34,938 bases of DNA from a virus. Its lineage: Duplodnaviria; Caudoviricetes. Positions 16,680 to 24,658 of this stretch are shown here, piece after piece (position 1 is the first letter of the stretch; each line of letters starts with the position of its first letter). Where the stretch lies: positions 1-34,938 of the IMG/VR virus record IMGVR_UViG_3300023118_000124; one strand, written 5' to 3'. The notes under the pieces were generated by a model. That model was given only the letters and a program-made list of their open reading frames with translations, did no database searches and was not told where the DNA came from. The position numbers and the translations under genes were made by a program.

Positions 16680-18898
16680 CTAATCACGAACTACTTGATG
16701 ATGTGTTGGCCCAGTTGCAGGGCTACGGACTTAAACCAGAAACGCCACTGATGATTGGTAAGCGAACGCGTTGCGAGTGCGACGGTGATAAGGCCCCGGA
16801 GAAAACGGGCTGGTATGTGATCTATGACCATCTGACTGGTGACGGCAAAACACTGTATTGCGGCGCGTTTGGCGACTGGCGTCAGGGTGAAAAAGGCAGT
16901 TGGCAGAAGATCAAGGCTAAGGGCGGGCGGCTGAGCGCTGAAGATCGAGCGGTGATGCGCGCCAGGGCCGAGGAGGGTCAGCGTAAGGCCGCCTTGGCCG
17001 AGGATCGAAAGCATCGCACTGCCGCCCGGCGCGCTGCTGGTATGTGGAAGCACCTATCTGAAAAGGGCGGTTCGCGTTATTTGGATGCCAAGCGGGTAGT
17101 CGGCATCGGTCTGCGTTACAAGGCGAAAAGCGGTACGGCTTTTGTGCCGATGCGCAATGTGAAAGGCGATATTATCGGCCTGCAGGTGCTGTATCCCGAA
17201 AAGCAAGCAGCTACGGGCAGGAACAAAACCTACTGGCCGTACGGTTTGGCGAAGGAAGGCGCATTTCACCTGATCGGCCCAGAGCCCGAGCCGGGCGATG
17301 TGATTTTGATTGCTGAGGGATACGCGACCGGCGCCAGCCTGCACATGGCGACCTCGCTGACGGTATGTATTTGCTTTGACGCCGGCAACCTGCTGCCGGT
17401 GGCACAAGCCATGCGCACAAAGTATCCCGGCCGGCAGCTGGTGTTTTGCGCAGATGATGATTGGAAGACTGTGGTGAATGGGCACCCGTATAACGCGGGG
17501 GTAATCAAGGCTGGCAATGCGGCGGTTGTGATTGGTGGCCAGGTGGTTATGCCGGTATTCGACAACAACCGGGAAGACAGCTGGACCGATTTCAACGATC
17601 TTCACTGCGCTGAGGGCCTGGATACGGTGCGCCGTCAGGTGCTAGCGGTGGTGCGTCCGTCTGCTGATGAGGGATGGCGCGAGAAGCTGCAGTATTCCGA
17701 AAAAGGCGGGTTGATCGTACATCCATTCAATGTTGCATTGATTCTGGGTAATGATAAACGCTGGGCCGGCGTAATCGCCTGGGATTCGTTCAGTTCAAAG
17801 ACCCGCAAGTTACGTACGCCTCCATATGGTGGAGGCAAGGGCGACTGGAGTGATCTGGACGATATTAGGGTGGCGCTGTGGCTTGCGGATGTGTACGGGC
17901 TGCGGGTGAAGACTGCCCACGTGGTTGAGGCTGTAAGTGCGGTGGCGAATGACAACGCTTACCACCCGGTGCGCGAGTATCTAGAAAGCCTTGAGTGGGA
18001 TGGGCTGCCACGCCTTGAGCGTTGGTTGCAGGATCGTCTGGGTGTTAAGGATAGTTCGTACACCCGCAAGGTGGGCAAGCGCTGGATGATTTCTGCGGTG
18101 GCCCGCGTGTGTCGACCTGGCTGTAAGGCCGACTCAATGTTGATTTTGGAAGGCTTGCAGGGTGAGGGGAAATCCACGGCTGCGCGGGTATTGGGCGGCG
18201 AGTGGTTCATGGATACATCGTTTGACCTGAGCAGCAAAGACGCCTATCAGGCGATCCGGGGCAAGTGGATTGTTGAGATGGCCGAGCTGGACTCACTGAA
18301 CAAGGCAGAGTCGACCAAGGCCAAGCAGTTCGTCTCATCGCCCATCGACACCTACCGCGAGAGCTATGGCCGGCGAATGCTGGATGTGCCCCGGCAGAGC
18401 GTTTTTATCGGCACGACCAACCAGGATGAGTACCTGAAGGACGACACGGGCAACCGCCGTTACTGGCCGGTGATGTGTACAAAAGTTGATCTTGAGGGCC
18501 TGAGAGCCGACCGTGATCAACTCTGGGCCGAAGCGTTAGCCTGTTTTCGCGCAGGTGACATATGGTGGGTGGAGCGCGATGAGGCTGATGTGTTTGCGGC
18601 TGAGCAGGATCAGCGTTATCAGGCTGATATGTGGGAAGACCTGGTGGTCGGCTACCTGGCCGACAAGCATATTGGCGATACGGTGACAGGCGCGCATTTG
18701 CTTGAGCATGCGCTTAACATCGACCCAAGCCACTGGGGTAGACCCGAACAAATGCGCATCGGCAAGATTATGCATCGGATGAATTGGCCCCGGCGGCGCA
18801 AGGGTAACTGTGTGCGTGGTGTGCGCAGCTATGAGTATGTGAAACCGCCGGAGTGGAAGCGAGGATCGGCGGTGCCCAGACAGGAGACTGCATTTTGA
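16676..18898 (+). CDS. Primase (TOPRIM)-VapE-type helicase replication protein
   Basis: IAEGYATGASL, FDAGNL, CADDD, TDFND; Walker A GLQGEGKST; RQSVFIGTTN, DDTGNRRYWP. Confidence 0.9.
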   Translation: MTNHELLDDVLAQLQGYGLKPETPLMIGKRTRCECDGDKAPEKTGWYVIYDHLTGDGKTLYCGAFGDWRQGEKGSWQKIKAKGGRLSAEDRAVMRARAEEGQRKAALAEDRKHRTAARRAAGMWKHLSEKGGSRYLDAKRVVGIGLRYKAKSGTAFVPMRNVKGDIIGLQVLYPEKQAATGRNKTYWPYGLAKEGAFHLIGPEPEPGDVILIAEGYATGASLHMATSLTVCICFDAGNLLPVAQAMRTKYPGRQLVFCADDDWKTVVNGHPYNAGVIKAGNAAVVIGGQVVMPVFDNNREDSWTDFNDLHCAEGLDTVRRQVLAVVRPSADEGWREKLQYSEKGGLIVHPFNVALILGNDKRWAGVIAWDSFSSKTRKLRTPPYGGGKGDWSDLDDIRVALWLADVYGLRVKTAHVVEAVSAVANDNAYHPVREYLESLEWDGLPRLERWLQDRLGVKDSSYTRKVGKRWMISAVARVCRPGCKADSMLILEGLQGEGKSTAARVLGGEWFMDTSFDLSSKDAYQAIRGKWIVEMAELDSLNKAESTKAKQFVSSPIDTYRESYGRRMLDVPRQSVFIGTTNQDEYLKDDTGNRRYWPVMCTKVDLEGLRADRDQLWAEALACFRAGDIWWVERDEADVFAAEQDQRYQADMWEDLVVGYLADKHIGDTVTGAHLLEHALNIDPSHWGRPEQMRIGKIMHRMNWPRRRKGNCVRGVRSYEYVKPPEWKRGSAVPRQETAF

Positions 18899-19254
18899 TT
18901 CCTGAAATGGATGAGATGTTGAAGCTGTGGGCGCTCGATATGCACGGTGGCGGTGGCCCTGACGGATCTGCTAGCAGTATGTTGGGTCAGTTGATCGATT
19001 GCCGGGGAGAATTGATTCGAGGCACACGCGGCGGTTCGAAGATGTTGCTGCCATGGAGTGCAGACATTGAGGTGATCGTAAACAAGCGTCTGTCCTGGCA
19101 TCTGGCCCAAGTGGTGCAGGAACATTACCTGAACCGTGAAAGCGTGGAACGCCAGAAATGGGCGCACTGCGGGTGTGGTCGGACGCAGTTCTACGCGCGC
19201 TTGCACTCGGCACATCTGGAAATCGCAGGCATGTTGCTGGAGCGCGTAGCCTGA
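18895..19254 (+). CDS. PA0613-like / Q-like late regulator
   Basis: TTG start overlapping upstream stop, AGGAG RBS; MDEMLKLWA..HY..CGCGRTQFYARLHSAH C-terminal HTH; lies before late promoter and holin. Confidence 0.75.
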   Translation: MIPEMDEMLKLWALDMHGGGGPDGSASSMLGQLIDCRGELIRGTRGGSKMLLPWSADIEVIVNKRLSWHLAQVVQEHYLNRESVERQKWAHCGCGRTQFYARLHSAHLEIAGMLLERVA

Positions 19255-19259
19255 TGGCG

Positions 19260-19530
19260 CCTCCCGTCCCTGTATGGCATGTTAGTGTTTTGGCAAGTGG
19301 GCCATCTGCGCGCCGCGTGTTAATTGATGATGGCCCACCGTCCCACCTTTTTTCAATCTTCCCGCATGTGACGCAACCACCCACATACGCGCGCGCGCAC
19401 GCGCAGCGTTTATTAATTCTCCCTTTACATGGAAAAGGTAATAAATAGTAGGACGGAAGGGCGCCGCTTTGATTTATCGGTGTTTCAGACGTCGCGCCTC
19501 TCTTGAAATCAGTGGGGCAAGAGGGTCCAT
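19260..19530. other. Putative replication origin
   Basis: Non-coding; converging CCGTCCCAC (19338) / GTAGGACGG (19448) with related motifs, central CG-alternating run, AT-rich 19409-19447. Confidence 0.4.
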
Positions 19531-19559
19531 GCCTGCGGCGCTAGAGCCAGTAACGTTAT

Positions 19560-19601
19560 ATGTCCGTTGATTGCTGGTGTATTGCCGTTGATTGCAGGGT
19601 G
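19560..19601 (+). promoter_or_regulatory. P-box-like repeats (PrtN target)
   Basis: ATGTCCGTTG, ATTGCTGGTGT, ATTGCCGTTG, ATTGCAGGGT at ~10.5-bp phasing, resembling the pyocin P-box consensus ATTGnn(n)GTnn(n). Confidence 0.65.
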
Positions 19602-19615
19602 GCAGCGCTGAGCTC

Positions 19616-19644
19616 TTGCTGCCACCGGACTGGAGGGGTATAAA
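19616..19644 (+). promoter_or_regulatory. Late promoter (pR'-like)
   Basis: TTGCTG-17 nt-TATAAA followed ~40 nt later by a terminator. Confidence 0.65.
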
Positions 19645-19684
19645 TCAGTCATGTTCAAAGAGGTACGCAAATAGCGACCTCACC

Positions 19685-19713
19685 AAAAACCCGGCCCTCG
19701 CGTCGGGTTTTTT
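19685..19713 (+). terminator. Intrinsic terminator (tR'-like)
   Basis: AAAAACCCGGC-CCTCGC-GTCGGGTTTTTT. Confidence 0.8.
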
Positions 19714-19769
19714 CATTTCTCCTCAGGCGTACGACTCCGTACAGATAAATTTTCCTTTGGAGCTAAGAG

Positions 19770-20069
19770 ATGGAGCGAGATCAGAGGCTGTTGGTGAAAA
19801 TCCTAGAGGTGTGCATTCAGGACTCAGAGGAGTGGAGGATTGATGCATCAGCGAAGGACATTCGTAGTCGCTTCTCCCCTGAGCAGCTAGGCCAGTGGTC
19901 TGCCGTTATTGTGGATGGCCACATTGAGCTGCTCGTCGACATGGGCTGTGTTAACGCTGATGGGGAGGCGCCGAATGCACGTATTCAGCGAGTTACCAAC
20001 GCCGGATACAACTATCTCGACAGAAGCAAAAGGTTGAGTTTGCACGGCAATGTGCTTCCCATCCATTAG
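19770..20069 (+). CDS. DUF2513-like winged-helix moron protein
   Basis: MERDQRLLVKIL..GHIELLVDMG..RVTNAGYNYLD pattern; GGAG RBS. Confidence 0.7.
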   Translation: MERDQRLLVKILEVCIQDSEEWRIDASAKDIRSRFSPEQLGQWSAVIVDGHIELLVDMGCVNADGEAPNARIQRVTNAGYNYLDRSKRLSLHGNVLPIH

Positions 20070-20084
20070 CATGACAATGATTTG

Positions 20085-20109
20085 AACCCTGCCTAGTGCA
20101 GGGCTTTTT
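20085..20109 (+). terminator. Intrinsic terminator
   Basis: CCCTGC-CTAGT-GCAGGG-CTTTTT. Confidence 0.8.
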
Positions 20110-20163
20110 GTTGGCGCGTCGACGCGATGATGAATTCTCAGCGAGCTCTGATATGATTGCGCC

Positions 20164-20251
20164 GCCATTCCTCAGTCCGCCCTCCATCCCTCTCATTTGG
20201 GGGCTGGACTGAGGAGTGGTCTTAACCCGACCATCGAGTCGGTTTTTTTTT
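20164..20251 (+). ncRNA. Candidate phage small RNA
   Basis: Extended -10 TGaTATGAT (20149-20157), ~20-bp hairpin 20165-20219 with C/U-rich loop, terminator CCGAC-CATCGA-GTCGG-T9; no ATG inside. Confidence 0.55.
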
Positions 20252-20310
20252 GCGCTCACATTGTCGAAGGCCGAAAAATAGGGCCTGTGACTACACACAG
20301 GGAGAGCGTC

Positions 20311-20535
20311 ATGGTTTTGCGTGGCATGGCACAGATGCATGTCGACGACTTGGCTGAAAGATTCAAGACGTTGGTCGTTGGGCATTCTGGTGAAGCGGAC
20401 ATCCAATTTGCATGGGTTGTTTTTTATCAAGGGCGAATGTTTGGCGCGTATTCAACTGCTGAGCAAGCTCTCCAGAAAATCACGGATATTGAGCACTGCA
20501 TTAGCGTTGATGAGGTCCCCGTCCCTCAAACCTAA
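20311..20535 (+). CDS. Hypothetical moron protein (74 aa)
   Basis: ATG after AGGGAG; bounded by terminators; lower GC. Confidence 0.6.
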   Translation: MVLRGMAQMHVDDLAERFKTLVVGHSGEADIQFAWVVFYQGRMFGAYSTAEQALQKITDIEHCISVDEVPVPQT

Positions 20536-20556
20536 TCTGACTAACTTCCCATTCAA

Positions 20557-20580
20557 GTCCTGCCCAGTGCAGGGCTTTTT
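20557..20580 (+). terminator. Intrinsic terminator
   Basis: GTCCTGC-CCAGT-GCAGGGC-TTTTT. Confidence 0.8.
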
Positions 20581-20598
20581 CGTTTAAGGGGCAAGGCA

Positions 20599-20943
20599 AT
20601 GACGAACGAACAGCAAGCGCTGGCAGAAATGCCGATCTGGTTAGTGATCGTCCTGGCCCTGGTGGGCGGTGTGTCGGGCGAGATGTGGCGAGCGGACAAG
20701 GAGGGTGCCCGGGGTTGGGCATTGATGCGGCGGTTGGCCCTTCGGTCCGGCGCCTGCGTGGTGTGCGGGGTATCGGCGATCATGCTGCTGTACGCTGCGG
20801 GTATGTCGATCTGGACGTCCGGCGCACTGGGATGCCTCACCGCCATGGCAGGGGCAGACGTTGCCATCGGGCTGTACGAGCGCTGGACTGCCAAGCGCCT
20901 CGGCCTCCAGGAGGCTGAAGCCAAGGGTGAGGCCGGACCTTAA
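20599..20943 (+). CDS. Phage holin (PA0614-like)
   Basis: MTNEQQALAEMPIWLVIVLALVGGVSGEMWRADK..three TM segments..AGADVAIGLYERW. Confidence 0.88.
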   Translation: MTNEQQALAEMPIWLVIVLALVGGVSGEMWRADKEGARGWALMRRLALRSGACVVCGVSAIMLLYAAGMSIWTSGALGCLTAMAGADVAIGLYERWTAKRLGLQEAEAKGEAGP

Positions 20944-20956
20944 TCATCCAGGGGCA

Positions 20957-21694
20957 ATGACCATGATGCGACTTGAGATGCGTGACAACATCGACAAGAT
21001 CGTCAGGGAGATGCGTGGGCTCAGCAAGTCGAAGGTCCCAATAGCTGCTGCCAAAGCGCTGACCTTCACCGCCGAACGCGTCCAAGCAGCTGAGAAGGCC
21101 GAGCTTGAGCGGGTGTTTGATCGACCCACACGTTGGACGCTCAACTCGGTCTTTAAGCGCAGTGCCACGACCAGCCGGCTGTTCGCCCGGGTGTGGATCA
21201 AGGACGAAGCCAGTTCAGGCGTGCCCGCGTCCAAGTACCTGCCGGTGCACATTGACGGTGGTAACCGACCACACAAGCGATTTGAGAAAGCGCTGATCCA
21301 CTACGGCTTGATGCCAGCTGACATGTACGCCGTCCCTGGTCGGCGCGCCAGGATGGATGGCAACGGCAATATCAGTCGCGGCCAGATCGTGCAGATCTTG
21401 TCCGCACTCGGAGCAGCTGAGCGGGTGTCGGGCTTCATGGCCAACCGCACTCAGCGCAGCCGGCGCCGTAACCGCAACGTACCGGACTATTTCGTGGGTC
21501 GACCTGGCAACGGCACCGGCCCTTTGGGTATCTGGCAGCGGATCGGCAACGGGGCACGGCCCATCCTGATCTTCGTCAAGCGCCCGACCTATCGGCGGCG
21601 CTTTGACTTCTACGGGGTAGCCAATCGCGTCGCCGAGGCCGAGTTCGAGCCGCTGTTCCGGCGTGCCCTGGCACGGGAGATGGAGCGAGGCTGA
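20957..21694 (+). CDS. Conserved phage morphogenesis-type protein (basic)
   Basis: AAAKALTFTA..FDRPTRWTLNS..DGNGNISRGQ..YRRRFDFY; lies before terminase. Confidence 0.75.
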   Translation: MTMMRLEMRDNIDKIVREMRGLSKSKVPIAAAKALTFTAERVQAAEKAELERVFDRPTRWTLNSVFKRSATTSRLFARVWIKDEASSGVPASKYLPVHIDGGNRPHKRFEKALIHYGLMPADMYAVPGRRARMDGNGNISRGQIVQILSALGAAERVSGFMANRTQRSRRRNRNVPDYFVGRPGNGTGPLGIWQRIGNGARPILIFVKRPTYRRRFDFYGVANRVAEAEFEPLFRRALAREMERG

Positions 21695-21795
21695 CCTCTT
21701 GTCGGCTTCGTGCATTTCTCCTTAAAAAAATGGCGATTTTTCAATGATTTGTCGGGGTTTTGGCTTGACAGGTCGACCTTCGACCCAAAATCAAT

Positions 21796-21839
21796 GGGTC
21801 CTTCCAGGCAGCGGGGCCATCGGGGTAATTCGAACCCCG
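21796..21839 (+). other. Putative cos packaging site (cosQ + cosN-like)
   Basis: GGGTCCT (identical to lambda cosQ) followed by symmetric CGGGGT-AATTCGA-ACCCCG, directly upstream of small terminase. Confidence 0.6.
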
Positions 21840-21903
21840 ACTTTTATGCAGATTCAACCCGACATGGGGGGTTCCGCTTCCCTCCCAGCATCAGGACCAG
21901 ACC

Positions 21904-22398
21904 ATGCCAACCCAACATGAAATCGCCGAGCACCTGGACATGAGCGAGCGTAATGCCCGCGACGTGCTCAAGGGTCTGACTCTGGATTGGCAAACGGCAA
22001 GCATGGACGAGATCCGAACGGCCTATATCCGTGATTTGCGCGCTAAAGCCGCTGGGCGCGGGGGCAGCCAACTTGAGGAGCTCAACAGAGCACGGATCGA
22101 TGACCTGCAGCAGAAGTCAGCCAACGGGCGGTTGGTGTATTACGAAAAACTGCGCTCATTGATTCCCTCCGGTGAGGCAGAGCGTGCGCTGTCTGACTGG
22201 GCCAGTTTCGCAAACCGGGAATACCTGGGCGGCCTTGAACGCATCATTCAGGAAATCGAGAACGTGCAGAAACTCACGGTTGATCGAACAGTGGTGGCCA
22301 AAGTTGCTGGACCTACGACCGAGCGAATTGCAGGCTACGCGCGAAAACTTGGCGCGGAGCTTGTCGGCAGCAGCGGGGAAATTCAACCCGCCGCGTGA
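21904..22398 (+). CDS. Terminase small subunit (Nu1-like)
   Basis: N-terminal HTH MPTQHEIAEHLDMSERN, AYIRDLRAKAAGR, coiled coil. Confidence 0.85.
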   Translation: MPTQHEIAEHLDMSERNARDVLKGLTLDWQTASMDEIRTAYIRDLRAKAAGRGGSQLEELNRARIDDLQQKSANGRLVYYEKLRSLIPSGEAERALSDWASFANREYLGGLERIIQEIENVQKLTVDRTVVAKVAGPTTERIAGYARKLGAELVGSSGEIQPAA

Positions 22399-24433
22399 CA
22401 TTCCGACCGCGCACTACCTGAGCACCGAGTTTTACCTGCCCGCTGAAAGCGGCGTGTTGCACGGCCTCTACGATTTCCAATACACACCTTACTTTCTCGG
22501 CGTTGCCGCCGCCTTGGACGATCCACGGGTGAGTGAGGTGGATCTGATGAAAGCGGCGCAGATCGGCTGGACGTGGTTCTTGATCGGCTACCTGTTCAAG
22601 TTCATCCATAACCTGCCGCGCCCAATCATGATCCTGTTCGCCAAGGAAAAGGACGGCAAAAACTTTCATGACGAAAAGCTCAAGTTCGGCGTGACGGCCA
22701 ACACTGAAGTAGCCAAGTTGATGCCGGTCGACGTTAGTCGCACCTCGGGCAACCGTTGGGACCATAAGACATTCCCGGGCGGGTTCCTCAAACTGGTGGC
22801 GTCGAACTCTCCCGGCAACGTTAAGTCCACGTCCTCGGTGGGCTTGTCGGTGGTGGAAGAACCGGACGACACGAGCGACGACGTGAAGGGGCAGGGTGAT
22901 GCGATCGCCCTGCTGGAGGAGCGTGGCAAGCGCTACCCCGGCTCCAAGATGCTGGTGGGCGGTACGCCGGCGATCAAGGGCGCGAGCAAGACCGAAGCGC
23001 GCCTGGCCCAGACCGATTGCCGCGTGTTGCCGATCATCTGCCACGCGTGCGACAAATCGCATGTGTTGGACTTCGCCCATATCAAGTGGCTCGACATTGA
23101 TGAGGACGCCCAGCCCCACGAGATCTACGGCCGAGCGGATCCTGAGACCGCCGGCTACGGGTGCCCGCACTGTGGCGAAATTTGGGACGACTATCAGCGC
23201 AAAGAGAACATCCGCAACACGGTGTTCAATGCGATCGATGCCGGCGACCCTTATTGTGGCTGGGTACCGACTAAACCCTTTGCTGGTCGTGCCGGATTCA
23301 TTGAGTTGAACGAACTGTACGCGTGCCTGCCCGGTACCAGCCTGGCCGACATCGTGCGGGAGAAACTCAACGCCGAACACCAGGCATCGATTGGCAATCT
23401 GTCGTTGCTGATCAAGTTCGTCAACCAGAAACAGGGCCGTGCCTACGAGTACAAATCCGATCTGCCTGAGGCCGAGAAATTAGCTGAGCGGGCAGAGGAC
23501 TACCCGGAGATGTTTGTGCCCATGGGGGGGCTTGTCGTCACCGCCGGCGTCGACGTGCAGCACGATCGCCTGGCGGTGGTGATGCGGGCCTGGGGCCGAG
23601 GCGAGGAATCCTGGCTGATCTACTGGGGCGAGATCTACGGCGAGGTGGTGCTGCCTGACCAGGGCGTCTGGCTTGATCTGGAAAAGTTATTGTTTGCGCC
23701 GATTTCACACGCCTGCGGCGCCAAGCTGAGAGTGCTGGCTACTTCGCTGGATACCTCGGACGGCACCATCACCCAGGACGCAGCGTATGCGTTCTGCCGT
23801 AAGCATCAGCGCAATGGTGTGATGGCGATCAAGGGCGCGAGCGAGCGCGGCAACACCCGCGACGATGAGCGTCGGGAGATCTTCAGCGCGCCTCGGCAGG
23901 GTGTTGACACTGACAAAGAACAAAAGGCCTCGAAGTATGGCCTGCGCCCTTACATTGTCGGTACCTCGCGAGCCAAGGATCTGTGGATTGAGGGCCGTCT
24001 GCCGTTGACCGGTGACGGTCCTGGTCGGATGCACTTTTACAAAACGGTGCGTCCGGATTATTTCCGGCAGATCACCGCCGAAGTGAAGGCGCCCAGCCGG
24101 CGACACCACTACCGCAAGGTCTGGCAGAAAAAGGCCGGCCAGCCGAACGAAGGTACCGACTGCGAGACGTATGCGTTGCACGCGGCCCGCTCCCTGAAAA
24201 CGCACTTGATGCGGGAGCAAGATTGGGCAGGGCTTGATGCACAGATCCGTCAGGGGGCGTTGTTTGACCCGCCCGAGCCCGATCAATCCGAGACAGATCC
24301 CGATCCCGAAACGGACGGGGCTAGTCCGGAGCCCACACCACCCGTCGAACCACCCAATCTCCCGCCCTCTGGCGGGAGAGTTGTTTCTGGGCGCCGTAGT
24401 GCAATGCGCGTGCTCTCCCAACGCAGGAATTAA
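22349..24433 (+). CDS. Terminase large subunit (lambda gpA family); start uncertain
   Basis: MKAAQIGWT, VVEEPD, GTP, CHAC/CPHC zinc motif, GVDVQHDRL, NEGTDCETYA; ORF opens at 22172, TTG 22349 chosen. Confidence 0.92.
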   Translation: MARSLSAAAGKFNPPRDIPTAHYLSTEFYLPAESGVLHGLYDFQYTPYFLGVAAALDDPRVSEVDLMKAAQIGWTWFLIGYLFKFIHNLPRPIMILFAKEKDGKNFHDEKLKFGVTANTEVAKLMPVDVSRTSGNRWDHKTFPGGFLKLVASNSPGNVKSTSSVGLSVVEEPDDTSDDVKGQGDAIALLEERGKRYPGSKMLVGGTPAIKGASKTEARLAQTDCRVLPIICHACDKSHVLDFAHIKWLDIDEDAQPHEIYGRADPETAGYGCPHCGEIWDDYQRKENIRNTVFNAIDAGDPYCGWVPTKPFAGRAGFIELNELYACLPGTSLADIVREKLNAEHQASIGNLSLLIKFVNQKQGRAYEYKSDLPEAEKLAERAEDYPEMFVPMGGLVVTAGVDVQHDRLAVVMRAWGRGEESWLIYWGEIYGEVVLPDQGVWLDLEKLLFAPISHACGAKLRVLATSLDTSDGTITQDAAYAFCRKHQRNGVMAIKGASERGNTRDDERREIFSAPRQGVDTDKEQKASKYGLRPYIVGTSRAKDLWIEGRLPLTGDGPGRMHFYKTVRPDYFRQITAEVKAPSRRHHYRKVWQKKAGQPNEGTDCETYALHAARSLKTHLMREQDWAGLDAQIRQGALFDPPEPDQSETDPDPETDGASPEPTPPVEPPNLPPSGGRVVSGRRSAMRVLSQRRN

Positions 24434-24436
24434 TTT

Positions 24437-24658
24437 ATGGCTATCACCCTGGAACAAGCGCAGGGCCAGCTGCAAGCCTGGCTCGATGCGAGTATGAAGG
24501 TCAGCCAAAAGCAGAGCTACCGCATCGGTACCCGGCAATTGGAATACGCCGACCTTGCCGAAATCACCAAGACGATCGACTACTGGCAACAGCAAGTTGA
24601 TCGCCTGGAAAGCGGTCGCCCTCGGGGGATCGTCCTGCGTGGGATTACGCCGCGATGA
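24437..24658 (+). CDS. Head-tail joining protein (gpW-like)
   Basis: QSYRIGTRQLEYADLAEI; between terminase and portal. Confidence 0.85.
   Translation: MAITLEQAQGQLQAWLDASMKVSQKQSYRIGTRQLEYADLAEITKTIDYWQQQVDRLESGRPRGIVLRGITPR

Noticed and set aside
19887-20430. Minus-strand ORFs as a type I toxin paired with the sRNA
   Set aside because: Not hydrophobic, poor RBS spacing, overlap better-supported plus-strand genes and terminators
24265-24433. Pro/Asp-rich terminase C-terminus as an insertion or repeat element
   Set aside because: Low-complexity linker without nucleotide-level repeats
22313-24595. Long minus-strand ORFs (355 and 296 aa)
   Set aside because: Antisense shadows of terminase in high-GC DNA
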